A DNA stretch of 64,000 nucleotides from Waddliaceae bacterium. GTDB taxonomy: Bacteria > Chlamydiota > Chlamydiia > Chlamydiales > SLFE01. Shown here one piece after another: positions 17,988 to 25,985 of this stretch (positions are counted from its first letter, which is position 1; each line of letters begins with the position of its first letter). Below the pieces are notes generated by a model. The model was not told where the DNA came from and made no database searches. It saw only the letters and a program-made list of their open reading frames with translations. The position numbers were made by a program, and so were the translations under genes. Where the stretch lies: positions 19,824 to 83,823 of the forward strand of contig CAWAPJ010000019.1 in the NCBI GenBank assembly GCA_963783885.1. The letters run 5' to 3'.

Positions 17988-18662
17988 TTAGTAGGTATAT
18001 TTGCCTGTTTTAATAGTTATATGGGAATTATCGCATTCCTTTTCTATATGTTTGTATATATTCAGATCTTTAACTTTATCTTCTTGAATGTCATTGTTAT
18101 CTGGATATTCAATTATAACTTCTTTTAAAACTTCAAACTTGTCATTGATATCATTGATTAATTGTTGATCGTAATCTTCAGTTTCTGATTCTTCATTATT
18201 ATAGAGATCATAAGAAATTCTTATTTTTATGGTGTTTGTTTCTTTTTCCCATCGATATATAAAAGAATCGGTAGTATCATCCAGAAGAGTGCCTGAATTC
18301 ACTTTCCTGATTAATGCATTTGCTTCTTTTTTGCTTAAGGATAAATCTTTATTATTAATCGTAACCCGGATAGATTTTTTTAACAGGGGGGTAAAGGAAA
18401 ATATTTTTCCTATTAAGACACGCAAAAATTTAGGGACCAATTTACTATTTTTACTATATACATAAGTAGAACCCAGGAGTCGGGAATATTCTTTATGTGC
18501 TGTAATGTCTAAATCTGCATCAAATGGAAGAAATATGTTCTGGACTGCTTTGTCTATTTTTTTCTGCCAGCTTTTCTGTTTTTTTGAATTGCTCTCAAGC
18601 AGGCTTCTATTATGAGTAATCAAATTGATGCTGTTTGTTAATTTTGAATTATCAATTTTCAT
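17988..18662 (-). CDS. Hypothetical protein, member of a local two-gene paralog family
   Basis: MKIDNSKLTNSINLITHNRSLLESNSKK...VPKFLRVLIGKIFSFTPLLKKSIRVTINNKDLSLSKKEANALIRKV aligns with the N-terminal half of 18844..19602. The segment is AT-rich. Confidence 0.6.
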   Translation of the reverse strand: MKIDNSKLTNSINLITHNRSLLESNSKKQKSWQKKIDKAVQNIFLPFDADLDITAHKEYSRLLGSTYVYSKNSKLVPKFLRVLIGKIFSFTPLLKKSIRVTINNKDLSLSKKEANALIRKVNSGTLLDDTTDSFIYRWEKETNTIKIRISYDLYNNEESETEDYDQQLINDINDKFEVLKEVIIEYPDNNDIQEDKVKDLNIYKHIEKECDNSHITIKTGKYTY

Positions 18663-18705
18663 ATTATTACCTCTTATTTGTTAAGTAATAATTTTACTAT
18701 TCTTA

Positions 18706-18724
18706 TGTTAAGATTGTATAAATT
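18706..18724 (-). promoter_or_regulatory. Conserved upstream box (-10-like) of paralog 17988..18662
   Basis: The minus strand reads AATTTATACAATCTTAACA, 44-62 nt upstream of the ATG. A near-identical box lies at the same distance upstream of the other paralog. Confidence 0.35.
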
Positions 18725-18754
18725 CTCAGTTAGTTTAGTGTAAATCTCTGAAAT

Positions 18755-18789
18755 GGGGCAAAAACGGGGTTTTGGGGCTTTTGAAGGGG
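18755..18789 (+). other. G-quadruplex-type motif (four GGGG runs)
   Basis: The sequence is GGGGcaaaaacGGGGttttGGGGcttttgaaGGGG, with loops of 7, 4 and 8 nt, in an otherwise AT-rich intergenic region. Confidence 0.3.
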
Positions 18790-18843
18790 CTAGTCCGCTT
18801 CTCTGCTCCGGTTGTCCCCTTCTAATGAAGTAAAAATCTCGGG

Positions 18844-19602
18844 TTATAGGGAAAAATGGAAACGTTTCCGAGGTTCCTTTTTTGCAGGAACTTTTATTTC
18901 AATGTTTATATTGTGGTCTTTGCATGTCTCTACTACATGGTTGTAGAATCGTAAATTTCCTCTATTTCTGATTTCACAATCTCCGAGATCTTCGCATTTA
19001 ATTATAATTTTTTCTAGGCTTTCTAAATTTTTCGAAATATCTTCTATTGGATGTTGATCATAATTTTCATCAGTAGGCTCACAAAGTATAACTAGGTCGT
19101 CTGAAATATTTATTGTCATTATTGTATTTTCATCGTTCATTTCAAATTTAATATATTCGATCTGAATATTTTTGCTAACTCCAAGATCTTTATTGGTTGG
19201 TGGTTTGGGCAAATTGTTATGTTGAGAATGATCATTTGTATTAAGTTCATAAGTTTTTTTAACTAATGACATTGCTTCTTTTTTGCTTAACAAGATGTGC
19301 TCATCGTTAATCGTAATATCAAAAGATTTTTTTAGCAAAAATATGGCAGAAAATATTTTTCCCATTGCAACGCGGAAAATTTTAGGGATAATTTTGCTAT
19401 CTCTACTCCAACGATAACTGAATGCCAGGGGTCTGGAATATTTTTTCTCAACTTCAATTTTAGGGTCAGTAGGAAGATTTGATCCTTCAAGGACGTCATT
19501 AATTTTTTTCTGCCAGTTTTTTTGCGAATTATTCTTAAGCAGGTTTCTATTTTGCAGAATATTATTTAAACTCTGTTGTAATGTTTTACTATCTATCTTC
19601 AT
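18844..19602 (-). CDS. Hypothetical protein, paralog of 17988..18662
   Basis: It reads MKIDSKTLQQSLNNILQNRNLLKNNSQK...IPKIFRVAMGKIFSAIFLLKKSFDITINDEHILLSKKEAMSLVKKT. Confidence 0.6.
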   Translation of the reverse strand: MKIDSKTLQQSLNNILQNRNLLKNNSQKNWQKKINDVLEGSNLPTDPKIEVEKKYSRPLAFSYRWSRDSKIIPKIFRVAMGKIFSAIFLLKKSFDITINDEHILLSKKEAMSLVKKTYELNTNDHSQHNNLPKPPTNKDLGVSKNIQIEYIKFEMNDENTIMTINISDDLVILCEPTDENYDQHPIEDISKNLESLEKIIIKCEDLGDCEIRNRGNLRFYNHVVETCKDHNINIEIKVPAKKEPRKRFHFSL

Positions 19603-19646
19603 ATATATTACTCCATATTTGAAAAAATTCTATTTTATAAATAATG

Positions 19647-19665
19647 TGTTAAGATTATATAAATT
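19647..19665 (-). promoter_or_regulatory. Conserved upstream box (-10-like) of paralog 18844..19602
   Basis: The minus strand reads AATTTATATAATCTTAACA and contains TATAAT, 45-63 nt upstream of the ATG. Confidence 0.35.
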
Positions 19666-20428
19666 ATCTGAATCCAGCATCTTTGAGCTTTTGGGTGGAG
19701 ACGATGCGGTTCCCGCCGTGATGAGAGGAGAGGGCGGGATTCCAGGTGGGAAGGGGGATTCCTTCTTTTTCGCAAATATCGGTATAGAGCTTTTTTCGAG
19801 GGGTGTGCTCGTCACTGCACAGGTTGTAAATCCCGGTCAGGTGATGCGTAAGGGTAAAATCAAGGGCTTTAATAATGTCGTCGATGTGGATGATATTGAC
19901 GGGATTTTCCCCGGTTCCGGGAAGTTCTTTGCCCTGGAGGCGCTGAAGTTTCTCTTTCATCTCTCTTCCGGGGCCGATGATCTCTCCAAGGCGGAAAATG
20001 CAGGATTTGGGGTGTTTGAGCAGCTCTTTCTCTGTTTCGATTAGGATGCCGGCTTTTTCATTCAGGGGATTTAATGGCGTCATCTCAGTGACAATTTTTC
20101 CACCCTGGTCTCCATAGACGCTGGTGCTGCTTGTATAGAGGATCGTTTGGTGAGGGCTTGCGGATTTGATGATTTCTCTGGCTGTGTGGAGGTAAGTGTG
20201 GGGATAGTCGTCTTTAGGGCCGGGAGCGACGGCGATCAGGATGGCATCCTGTCCTTTGACAGCGGCGTTAAAGGAGTCGGAAAGGAGAAGGGCTTGGCCT
20301 GCAAGGGTTTCAAGCTCATTGAGACGGTTAGGAGAACGAGTTGCGGCGGTGATGATGTGTTGCCGTTCGCGCCAATAGCGAGCGGCGCGGGAGCCGACGT
20401 ACCCGCATCCGACGATGCAAATTTTCAT
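19664..20428 (-). CDS. NAD(P)-binding Rossmann-fold protein (SDR / epimerase-dehydratase-like)
   Basis: It has the N-terminal motif MKICIVGCGYVGSRAARYW. Confidence 0.6.
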   Translation of the reverse strand: MKICIVGCGYVGSRAARYWRERQHIITAATRSPNRLNELETLAGQALLLSDSFNAAVKGQDAILIAVAPGPKDDYPHTYLHTAREIIKSASPHQTILYTSSTSVYGDQGGKIVTEMTPLNPLNEKAGILIETEKELLKHPKSCIFRLGEIIGPGREMKEKLQRLQGKELPGTGENPVNIIHIDDIIKALDFTLTHHLTGIYNLCSDEHTPRKKLYTDICEKEGIPLPTWNPALSSHHGGNRIVSTQKLKDAGFR

Positions 20429-21111
20429 AACAGCTGCAGGTCTGCCAAGGCTTCTTTCAGCTGCTGATTTTCGGGCCTCTCAAAAGCGCCGCTTTTCGAC
20501 AGCCACTTGACATAGTCTTTGGGGATTTTACTGAGCGGCTGTCCCTGGTACTTGCCGAAAGGCATATGGCGAAGCCGCCTCGGTATGTTCAAAAGGCTGT
20601 AGGCCTGCTCGATGGAGAGGTCGCCGGTCATAGCGGAAAAAACCTGATGCAAAACGATAACGTCATCGAGGGCCCTATGAGCATTGTTTGGGGGAAAACC
20701 GTAGCTTTCCCGTAAAAACTGCAGGGCGTGGCGGGGAAGGTCGGGGCGGTAGCGTCTTGCCCATTTGAGCGTATCGAGAGTTTTCCATGCGGGGTATTCG
20801 AGGCTGTTTCGCGAGAATTCGGATTTCAAAAACGGGATGTCGAATCCGTCGCCGTTGTGCGCGATCAGGAGGGCGTCCTCACCGCAAAATTCGACAAAGG
20901 CTCGCCCAACTTCTTCGAATGAAGGAGCTTCGGCGACCATATCGTCAGTGATATTATGGATGGCCGTTGCTTCTGCTGGGATCGGGACCCCCGGATTGAC
21001 GAACCGCTCAAATGTCGTGTCGTTTTTCGGGTCGTATGCGGCGATTTCGATAATGAAATCTTTTTCGGGGCGGACGCCGGTGGTTTCGGTATCGAAGTAG
21101 ATTGCACGCAT
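20425..21111 (-). CDS. DnaQ-like 3'-5' exonuclease (DEDDh) with a DUF3820-like C-terminal tail
   Basis: Exo I is IYFDTETTG, Exo II is LIAHNGDGFDIPFL and Exo III is AHRALDDV. The C-terminus is MPFGKYQGQPLSKIPKDYVKWL. Confidence 0.85.
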   Translation of the reverse strand: MRAIYFDTETTGVRPEKDFIIEIAAYDPKNDTTFERFVNPGVPIPAEATAIHNITDDMVAEAPSFEEVGRAFVEFCGEDALLIAHNGDGFDIPFLKSEFSRNSLEYPAWKTLDTLKWARRYRPDLPRHALQFLRESYGFPPNNAHRALDDVIVLHQVFSAMTGDLSIEQAYSLLNIPRRLRHMPFGKYQGQPLSKIPKDYVKWLSKSGAFERPENQQLKEALADLQLL

Positions 21112-21114
21112 GGA

Positions 21115-21591
21115 TTATTTTTTCATCTCCTTGACGGCGGCTTGAGCTTTATGAATGATGTCGTCGACAGACATCGCTCCGGAAGTGACCGCAGCGATTG
21201 TCGGGCCGAAAGATTTGCAGGCGAGCCTGATGGTGTTTAGGTAAAGGTCGAGAAGGTCTTCATTCAGTTTTTGCCCGGGCGTGTTCAGCATGCAGCGGAA
21301 AAAAGAAACCCCGCCGAATTCATCCATTCCGAAGCCGGGAATATCGAGCTCCTTGTTCAAGAGATGGAGAAGCCGGGCAATGTCAGGCAGCACGTCTTTT
21401 TCCAGCTGATAGGGAAAGAATGCGATGAGCTGCAAGAGTTTCCCCCCTTCGTAAATTCTGGCAAAGAGCGGGTATTCCTGATCGTTCTCTTTAAAAATCG
21501 CGTAAACCTGTCCGGTTTCTTCCTGAATTTTTGCCTCATAACCTTTTTGATTAAAAAGTGTTACAAGTTTGTTTAAACTGATATCGGTCAT
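21115..21591 (-). CDS. YbjN-family protein (type III secretion chaperone-like fold)
   Basis: It is 158 aa and acidic, and the pattern ...YAIFKENDQEYPLFARIYEGGKLLQLIAFFPY... resembles YbjN/T3S-chaperone-like proteins. The call is from memory. Confidence 0.45.
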   Translation of the reverse strand: MTDISLNKLVTLFNQKGYEAKIQEETGQVYAIFKENDQEYPLFARIYEGGKLLQLIAFFPYQLEKDVLPDIARLLHLLNKELDIPGFGMDEFGGVSFFRCMLNTPGQKLNEDLLDLYLNTIRLACKSFGPTIAAVTSGAMSVDDIIHKAQAAVKEMKK

Positions 21592-21599
21592 AAAGTCTC

Positions 21600-21755
21600 C
21601 TACATATTTATCCCGGGGAGCGCTGAATCGCCTCTTTGGTCGATCACATTCGGGTTATTAGTCATTGGGCTGGTTGACCAGCAGTCGTCGGTTGGCATTG
21701 CGCAGCCGGTTAACGCCGACATAAAAATGAATGAAGCTGCAATTAAAGTTCTCAT
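21600..21755 (-). CDS. Small lipoprotein (51 aa), not in the supplied ORF track
   Basis: My translation is MRTLIAASFIFMSALTGCAMPTDDCWSTSPMTNNPNVIDQRGDSALPGINM*, with lipobox LTGC. AGGAG lies 8 nt upstream of the ATG. Its stop TAG overlaps the AGGAG preceding the next gene. Confidence 0.45.
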   Translation of the reverse strand: MRTLIAASFIFMSALTGCAMPTDDCWSTSPMTNNPNVIDQRGDSALPGINM

Positions 21756-21818
21756 TGCTCACACTCCTAACGTTTTGTTGACAAGAATATCTCATTAGGA
21801 GATTAAATTAAAGTAATT

Positions 21819-22529
21819 ATGAATGATAATTATTTTCGAGTTATGTGCCGCAAAATTAAAGTATTGGGATGCCTTCTATTGATTTGCCTTTGCGGCCAGA
21901 ATCTTTTGGGGGAAGATAACGGAGAATCGGAGCAGGCTCTGCAAGTGTCTGCCATGGAAGATTTGATGAGGGAGCACGGGGTGTTGAACCGGATCTTGCT
22001 GATATATGAAGAGATCATAAAACGGCTGCCCGAAGGAAAGTACGACTCGCTTGCCTCCCTTCTGAAACAGTCCGCGGGCATCATCCAGGATTTTATCGAA
22101 AATTATCACGAGCAGCTGGAAGAGAATTATATATTCCCCCGGTTCGAGAAGGCTGGCCGGATGGTCGAGCTTGTCAAGACGCTTAGGACGCAGCATGAGA
22201 GGGGGCGTCAATTGACAAAACATATACTTGCCCATTCCAGTGCAGACGAACTGAAAGATCCCAAAAAACGACAGGCAATCATTGATATTTTGAATGAGTT
22301 CATAGCGATGTACCGTCCTCATGAGGCACGTGAGGACACCGTGCTGTTTCCCGCTTTTAAAGATTTAATTACCCAAGATGAATACGACTCATTGGGAGAT
22401 TTATTTGAAAGAAAAGAAACCGATCTGTTTGGGTCAAACGGATTTCAGGATGTTGTCGATCAGGTTGCGGAAATCGAAAAAGAGCTTGGCATCTATAAAT
22501 TGTCCCAATTCACTCCTTCTTCTCCATGA
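21819..22529 (+). CDS. Hemerythrin-like (HHE cation-binding) domain protein with a signal peptide
   Basis: It has a hydrophobic N-terminus, then MEDLMREHGVLNRILLIYEEI..., ENYHEQLEENYIFPRFE and MYRPHEAREDTVLFP. Confidence 0.6.
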   Translation: MNDNYFRVMCRKIKVLGCLLLICLCGQNLLGEDNGESEQALQVSAMEDLMREHGVLNRILLIYEEIIKRLPEGKYDSLASLLKQSAGIIQDFIENYHEQLEENYIFPRFEKAGRMVELVKTLRTQHERGRQLTKHILAHSSADELKDPKKRQAIIDILNEFIAMYRPHEAREDTVLFPAFKDLITQDEYDSLGDLFERKETDLFGSNGFQDVVDQVAEIEKELGIYKLSQFTPSSP

Positions 22530-22962
22530 GCTGTTGAAAAGTTTTCTCTTCTTCTACGGGAAATTCGGCAATGCCGGCAACACCTGCCGACGACTCTCCG
22601 ATGAGGATGTGCTTGTCGTAGACTTCCACGATATACAGGACTGACTTTGTGCTCAGGTTTCTTTGCTCGAGAATCTTAATTGTGCTTGATATGTTCATTT
22701 GCTCCATGCGCCCTTGCATAAAGCGTCTCAAAAACCAGGTAGCGACGACCATCAGCGCGACGATAACTGCCAGGGCAAAAAGAATATTCCACAGCTCGTC
22801 GTAGAAATTGGTATCGCTGCCCATATCTTCTCCGGCCTGGTATTGCTCGATAGCTTTTTGGGTTCTTTCACGGGTGATCGGCGATTCTTCGTCTGCGCTA
22901 TAGAGAGAGGAAAAGCAGAGGGCTGAAAATAACAGAAGCCGGATAATTTTTGTCATGGTCAA
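22510..22962 (-). CDS. FliO-like small membrane protein
   Basis: A signal-like N-terminus is followed by a TM segment plus a basic patch (LFALAVIVALMVVATWFLRRF) and then IKILEQRNLSTKSVLYIVEVYDKHILIGESSAGV. This matches the FliO architecture as I recall it. Confidence 0.4.
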   Translation of the reverse strand: MTMTKIIRLLLFSALCFSSLYSADEESPITRERTQKAIEQYQAGEDMGSDTNFYDELWNILFALAVIVALMVVATWFLRRFMQGRMEQMNISSTIKILEQRNLSTKSVLYIVEVYDKHILIGESSAGVAGIAEFPVEEEKTFQQLMEKKE

Positions 22963-23030
22963 ATCCTTATGTCAGCTTCCATCATACAATTTTGGGAAAA
23001 CTCGGCAAGTTAAAAATACAGCATGTCAGT

Positions 23031-24125
23031 CTATCCCGTCAGCACTTCGAGTGCTTCGTTATCAAGCATTTTTGGAGGGTTGGGATTTCCCTGAAATGAA
23101 CGGAAACAGTCGTCAATGGCTTTCATTTGCTTTGCCGATAGTTTCCTAGACATAGCTTTGATGTTGCTTTGTAAATGCTTCAACTTGGTAGTGCCGGGTA
23201 TGGGTATCATCCCTTTCTCTTTTTGCCAGGCGAGTGCTAACTCCGAGGGTGGGATATCCCATGTTTGTGCTAGCTCTTGGAATTTTAAAATGCACTGGAG
23301 GTTTTTCTGGATCACGCTTTTATGGAAAAAGCCAACTAAGAAGCGAAAATCGCCATCCGGGATATTGAGCCTCGTTTGAATCCGTTTAATAATTTGAGAA
23401 GGCTCAAGCTCTTCCGGATTTTCACCTTTGAATTCTTCGGCGAGTGCTGGATCGACAAGACCTCTAACAGTGGAGGAATAAGTCACTAATTGAATGCCGT
23501 TTGTTTGGCAAACTTTGTATACTCCGTTGTGAAAAGCTCGTTGGGTAGCCACAGAACAGGCAGATTGCACGAAGGCAAATGGGTTACGAGTCCCTTTGGT
23601 TTTTTCAAAGACTTTTTTTGCTGTTAGAATTTGATGTTTGCTGGGTTCGGAAAGTCCAATATATTCCACCTTGCCTTCTTCGACGAGCTCTTTTAGACAA
23701 TTGAGCGTTTTCTTTAGCTCGTTATCACTTTGTTTGGGGTTCAGCCGATGCAGATACAATAAAGGGATTTTCTTCTGCTGAAGCTTGTTTAAACTAGTGT
23801 TAACTGATGCCCGTATTTGTTCTGGGCTCGCTTCATATCCCTCTGACTCGGTATCGATGGTTGAAAAGTTAATCCCGCATTTGGTGGAGAAAAAGATAAA
23901 GGCATCGGGGCCATGATCAGCTTTAATTTTCTTTATCGCTTTTCCCAGCAGTTCTTCATTACTTCTGTCAGAGCCATATACAGCAGCTGTATCGAATATT
24001 CTTATCCCTAGGTTATAGGAAACTGAAATTAAGTTGACAGCGTCGTTCTCATCGATTGTTCCTAACTGTAAGCACCCTAATCCAATGTTTCCGAGATTTG
24101 TAAAAGTTTGCATAAAACATTCCAT
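23031..24125 (-). CDS. Aldo/keto reductase
   Basis: It shows GLGCLQLG, FDTAAVYGSDRSNEELLGKAI, HRLNP and GLSEPS. The start is uncertain, with Met candidates at 24179, 24125 and 24113. Confidence 0.8.
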   Translation of the reverse strand: MECFMQTFTNLGNIGLGCLQLGTIDENDAVNLISVSYNLGIRIFDTAAVYGSDRSNEELLGKAIKKIKADHGPDAFIFFSTKCGINFSTIDTESEGYEASPEQIRASVNTSLNKLQQKKIPLLYLHRLNPKQSDNELKKTLNCLKELVEEGKVEYIGLSEPSKHQILTAKKVFEKTKGTRNPFAFVQSACSVATQRAFHNGVYKVCQTNGIQLVTYSSTVRGLVDPALAEEFKGENPEELEPSQIIKRIQTRLNIPDGDFRFLVGFFHKSVIQKNLQCILKFQELAQTWDIPPSELALAWQKEKGMIPIPGTTKLKHLQSNIKAMSRKLSAKQMKAIDDCFRSFQGNPNPPKMLDNEALEVLTG

Positions 24126-24245
24126 GATTTTTTCATAAAATAAGAAACGATTATATTGAAGAATTAATATTCTCTGCAAGTAAAAAAATAGCCTATGAAT
24201 GTGGACAGAAAGTTAAAAATTCATTACAATTACTCGGAGTTTCTT

Positions 24246-24640
24246 ATGAATACACTTAAAATATACAAAGTAAAGCCCGATCATTTTAAGGCTCTACTCG
24301 AGGTGTCTGCCTGCTATATCGAGTTTGAAGGGAAGATACTGTTTCTTCAGCGGGGCCGAGGAAAGCCCGAAGAGAAGATGTGGGGGGTTCCTGCCGGAAA
24401 AATTGAAACCGGTGAGACGGCTTTAGGAGGTATGAAGCGGGAGCTTTTTGAGGAGGCCGGCCTGGTATTATCCAAAATTGAAGAACTTGAGCCTTTATTA
24501 TTCAAAAGCCCGAAGTCTCCTATATTTATCACATGTTTCGAACGCGCCTTTCATTTGGCTGGTTTACCTACGATGAAATTCAAGATGTCCCTTTAATGGC
24601 CGGGGCCGAGGAGGCCTTGGAACAGATGCTTAAACAATAG
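24246..24640 (+). pseudogene. NUDIX hydrolase, reading frame broken near 24515-24521
   Basis: The Nudix box is GVPAGKIETGETALGGMKRELFEEAGL. The ORF-track frame ends at 24596, but another frame from 24521 reads YIYHMFRTRLSFGWFTYDEIQDVPLMAGAEEALEQMLKQ* and looks like the true C-terminus. Confidence 0.65.
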
Positions 24641-24650
24641 GAGTTTATTT

Positions 24651-25103
24651 ATGACGATTACATTCACCGAAACACACGACCTGGTAAGGGAACACCCTTA
24701 TACATTACATTCAGTTGTCTCAGGAGTGGGACACGGTCTGGTGTTCAGGGCGCTCTTTAAGTCTTTTTCCGGCGGGTTTGTTCACGGATGTGTTTATAGA
24801 TGGACCTGCTCGATGATGAGGAAGAGGTTTTCACAAGAGGAAATGAGTAATGTTCAAGCGGCGGCTTTGGTCGCCGGCACTTCAACTGCAAGCGCAGTGA
24901 TTGCTAATCAAATCACAAAATTTGTCAGCAAAAACTTTTTCAAATCCCTGCCCAAAACATTAGGAGGGTTGTCGTTATGGTATTCTTTCGGCCTCGTAGG
25001 AGCCTTTGGTTTATTATCCCCTCTAAAGCTCACACAAGAAACAAAATATACACGCGATTTGACTGATGAGGAAAAACGGCAATTCGAGCGGTCTCCATCT
25101 TGA
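24651..25103 (+). CDS. Hypothetical membrane protein
   Basis: This is a 150-aa ORF with hydrophobic segments (LGGLSLWYSFGLVGAFGLLSPL). Confidence 0.45.
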   Translation: MTITFTETHDLVREHPYTLHSVVSGVGHGLVFRALFKSFSGGFVHGCVYRWTCSMMRKRFSQEEMSNVQAAALVAGTSTASAVIANQITKFVSKNFFKSLPKTLGGLSLWYSFGLVGAFGLLSPLKLTQETKYTRDLTDEEKRQFERSPS

Positions 25104-25136
25104 GTTAATCGCCCTTCGGTGGCATAATAAGATCTT

Positions 25137-25985
25137 ATGAATGGGATTATCGCTCTGGATATTGACGGGACGGTGACGACCGACCATGACAACATCCCCG
25201 AAGAAGTCGCTACATTTTTGGATCGCCTGGCCGATGAGGGATGGGACCTAATCTTCATCACGGGAAGGTCTTATCCCCGGACTTTGCCGATGCTGCAATT
25301 GAAAAATTCTTTTTATCTGGCCGTCCACAATGGAGCCCATTGTTTTGAGGTGCCGTCGGGAAAGGAAATCTTCAATAATTTTTTGCACGGTGATGTCCTC
25401 CCTTTGCTGGAAGAGGCGTGCGAGGATGAGCCTTCGGGCATTGTTGTTTACGGCCCTCAAAGGGATATCGATGTGTGCTACTATGACCGCAGCCAATTCA
25501 AAAACCCTTTGATGGATTATCTCGAGAGGAGGGCTGAAAGATTTGGCGAGAGCTGGAAGAGTCTGGAAGATTTCAAAAAAGAGAGGATCGAGTCCTTTCC
25601 TGCTGTCAAATATTTTGGATCGTTGGAATCGCTGGAGAGGATTTGCGGCAGAGTTCATTTTTTCGGGGCTTTCGTCGATATTCCGATTATTCGGGATCCC
25701 TTCGGCCAAGACCACTACGTTGCCCAGGCGACGGCCCACGGTGTCAATAAAGGCGATGCTGTCAGGCGGTTTGCTGAATACAAGAGAGGAAGCGGGCCCA
25801 TCATTGCGGCAGGCGATGATAGAAATGATTTGCCTATGCTTCAAACTGCCGACTTAGCCATTGTCATGGGAAGCGCTCCGGAAGATGTGTTAAGGGCCGC
25901 AGACATTGTCGCTCCGCCGGCGTCGGAAAACGGGATTATCAAAGGATTGACGATAGCACTAGAGGAGCAGGAATGGAAGAAGTAG
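25137..25985 (+). CDS. HAD-superfamily hydrolase, Cof-type (IIB)
   Basis: Motif I is IALDIDGTVT and motif IV is AAGDDRNDLPML. Confidence 0.85.
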   Translation: MNGIIALDIDGTVTTDHDNIPEEVATFLDRLADEGWDLIFITGRSYPRTLPMLQLKNSFYLAVHNGAHCFEVPSGKEIFNNFLHGDVLPLLEEACEDEPSGIVVYGPQRDIDVCYYDRSQFKNPLMDYLERRAERFGESWKSLEDFKKERIESFPAVKYFGSLESLERICGRVHFFGAFVDIPIIRDPFGQDHYVAQATAHGVNKGDAVRRFAEYKRGSGPIIAAGDDRNDLPMLQTADLAIVMGSAPEDVLRAADIVAPPASENGIIKGLTIALEEQEWKK

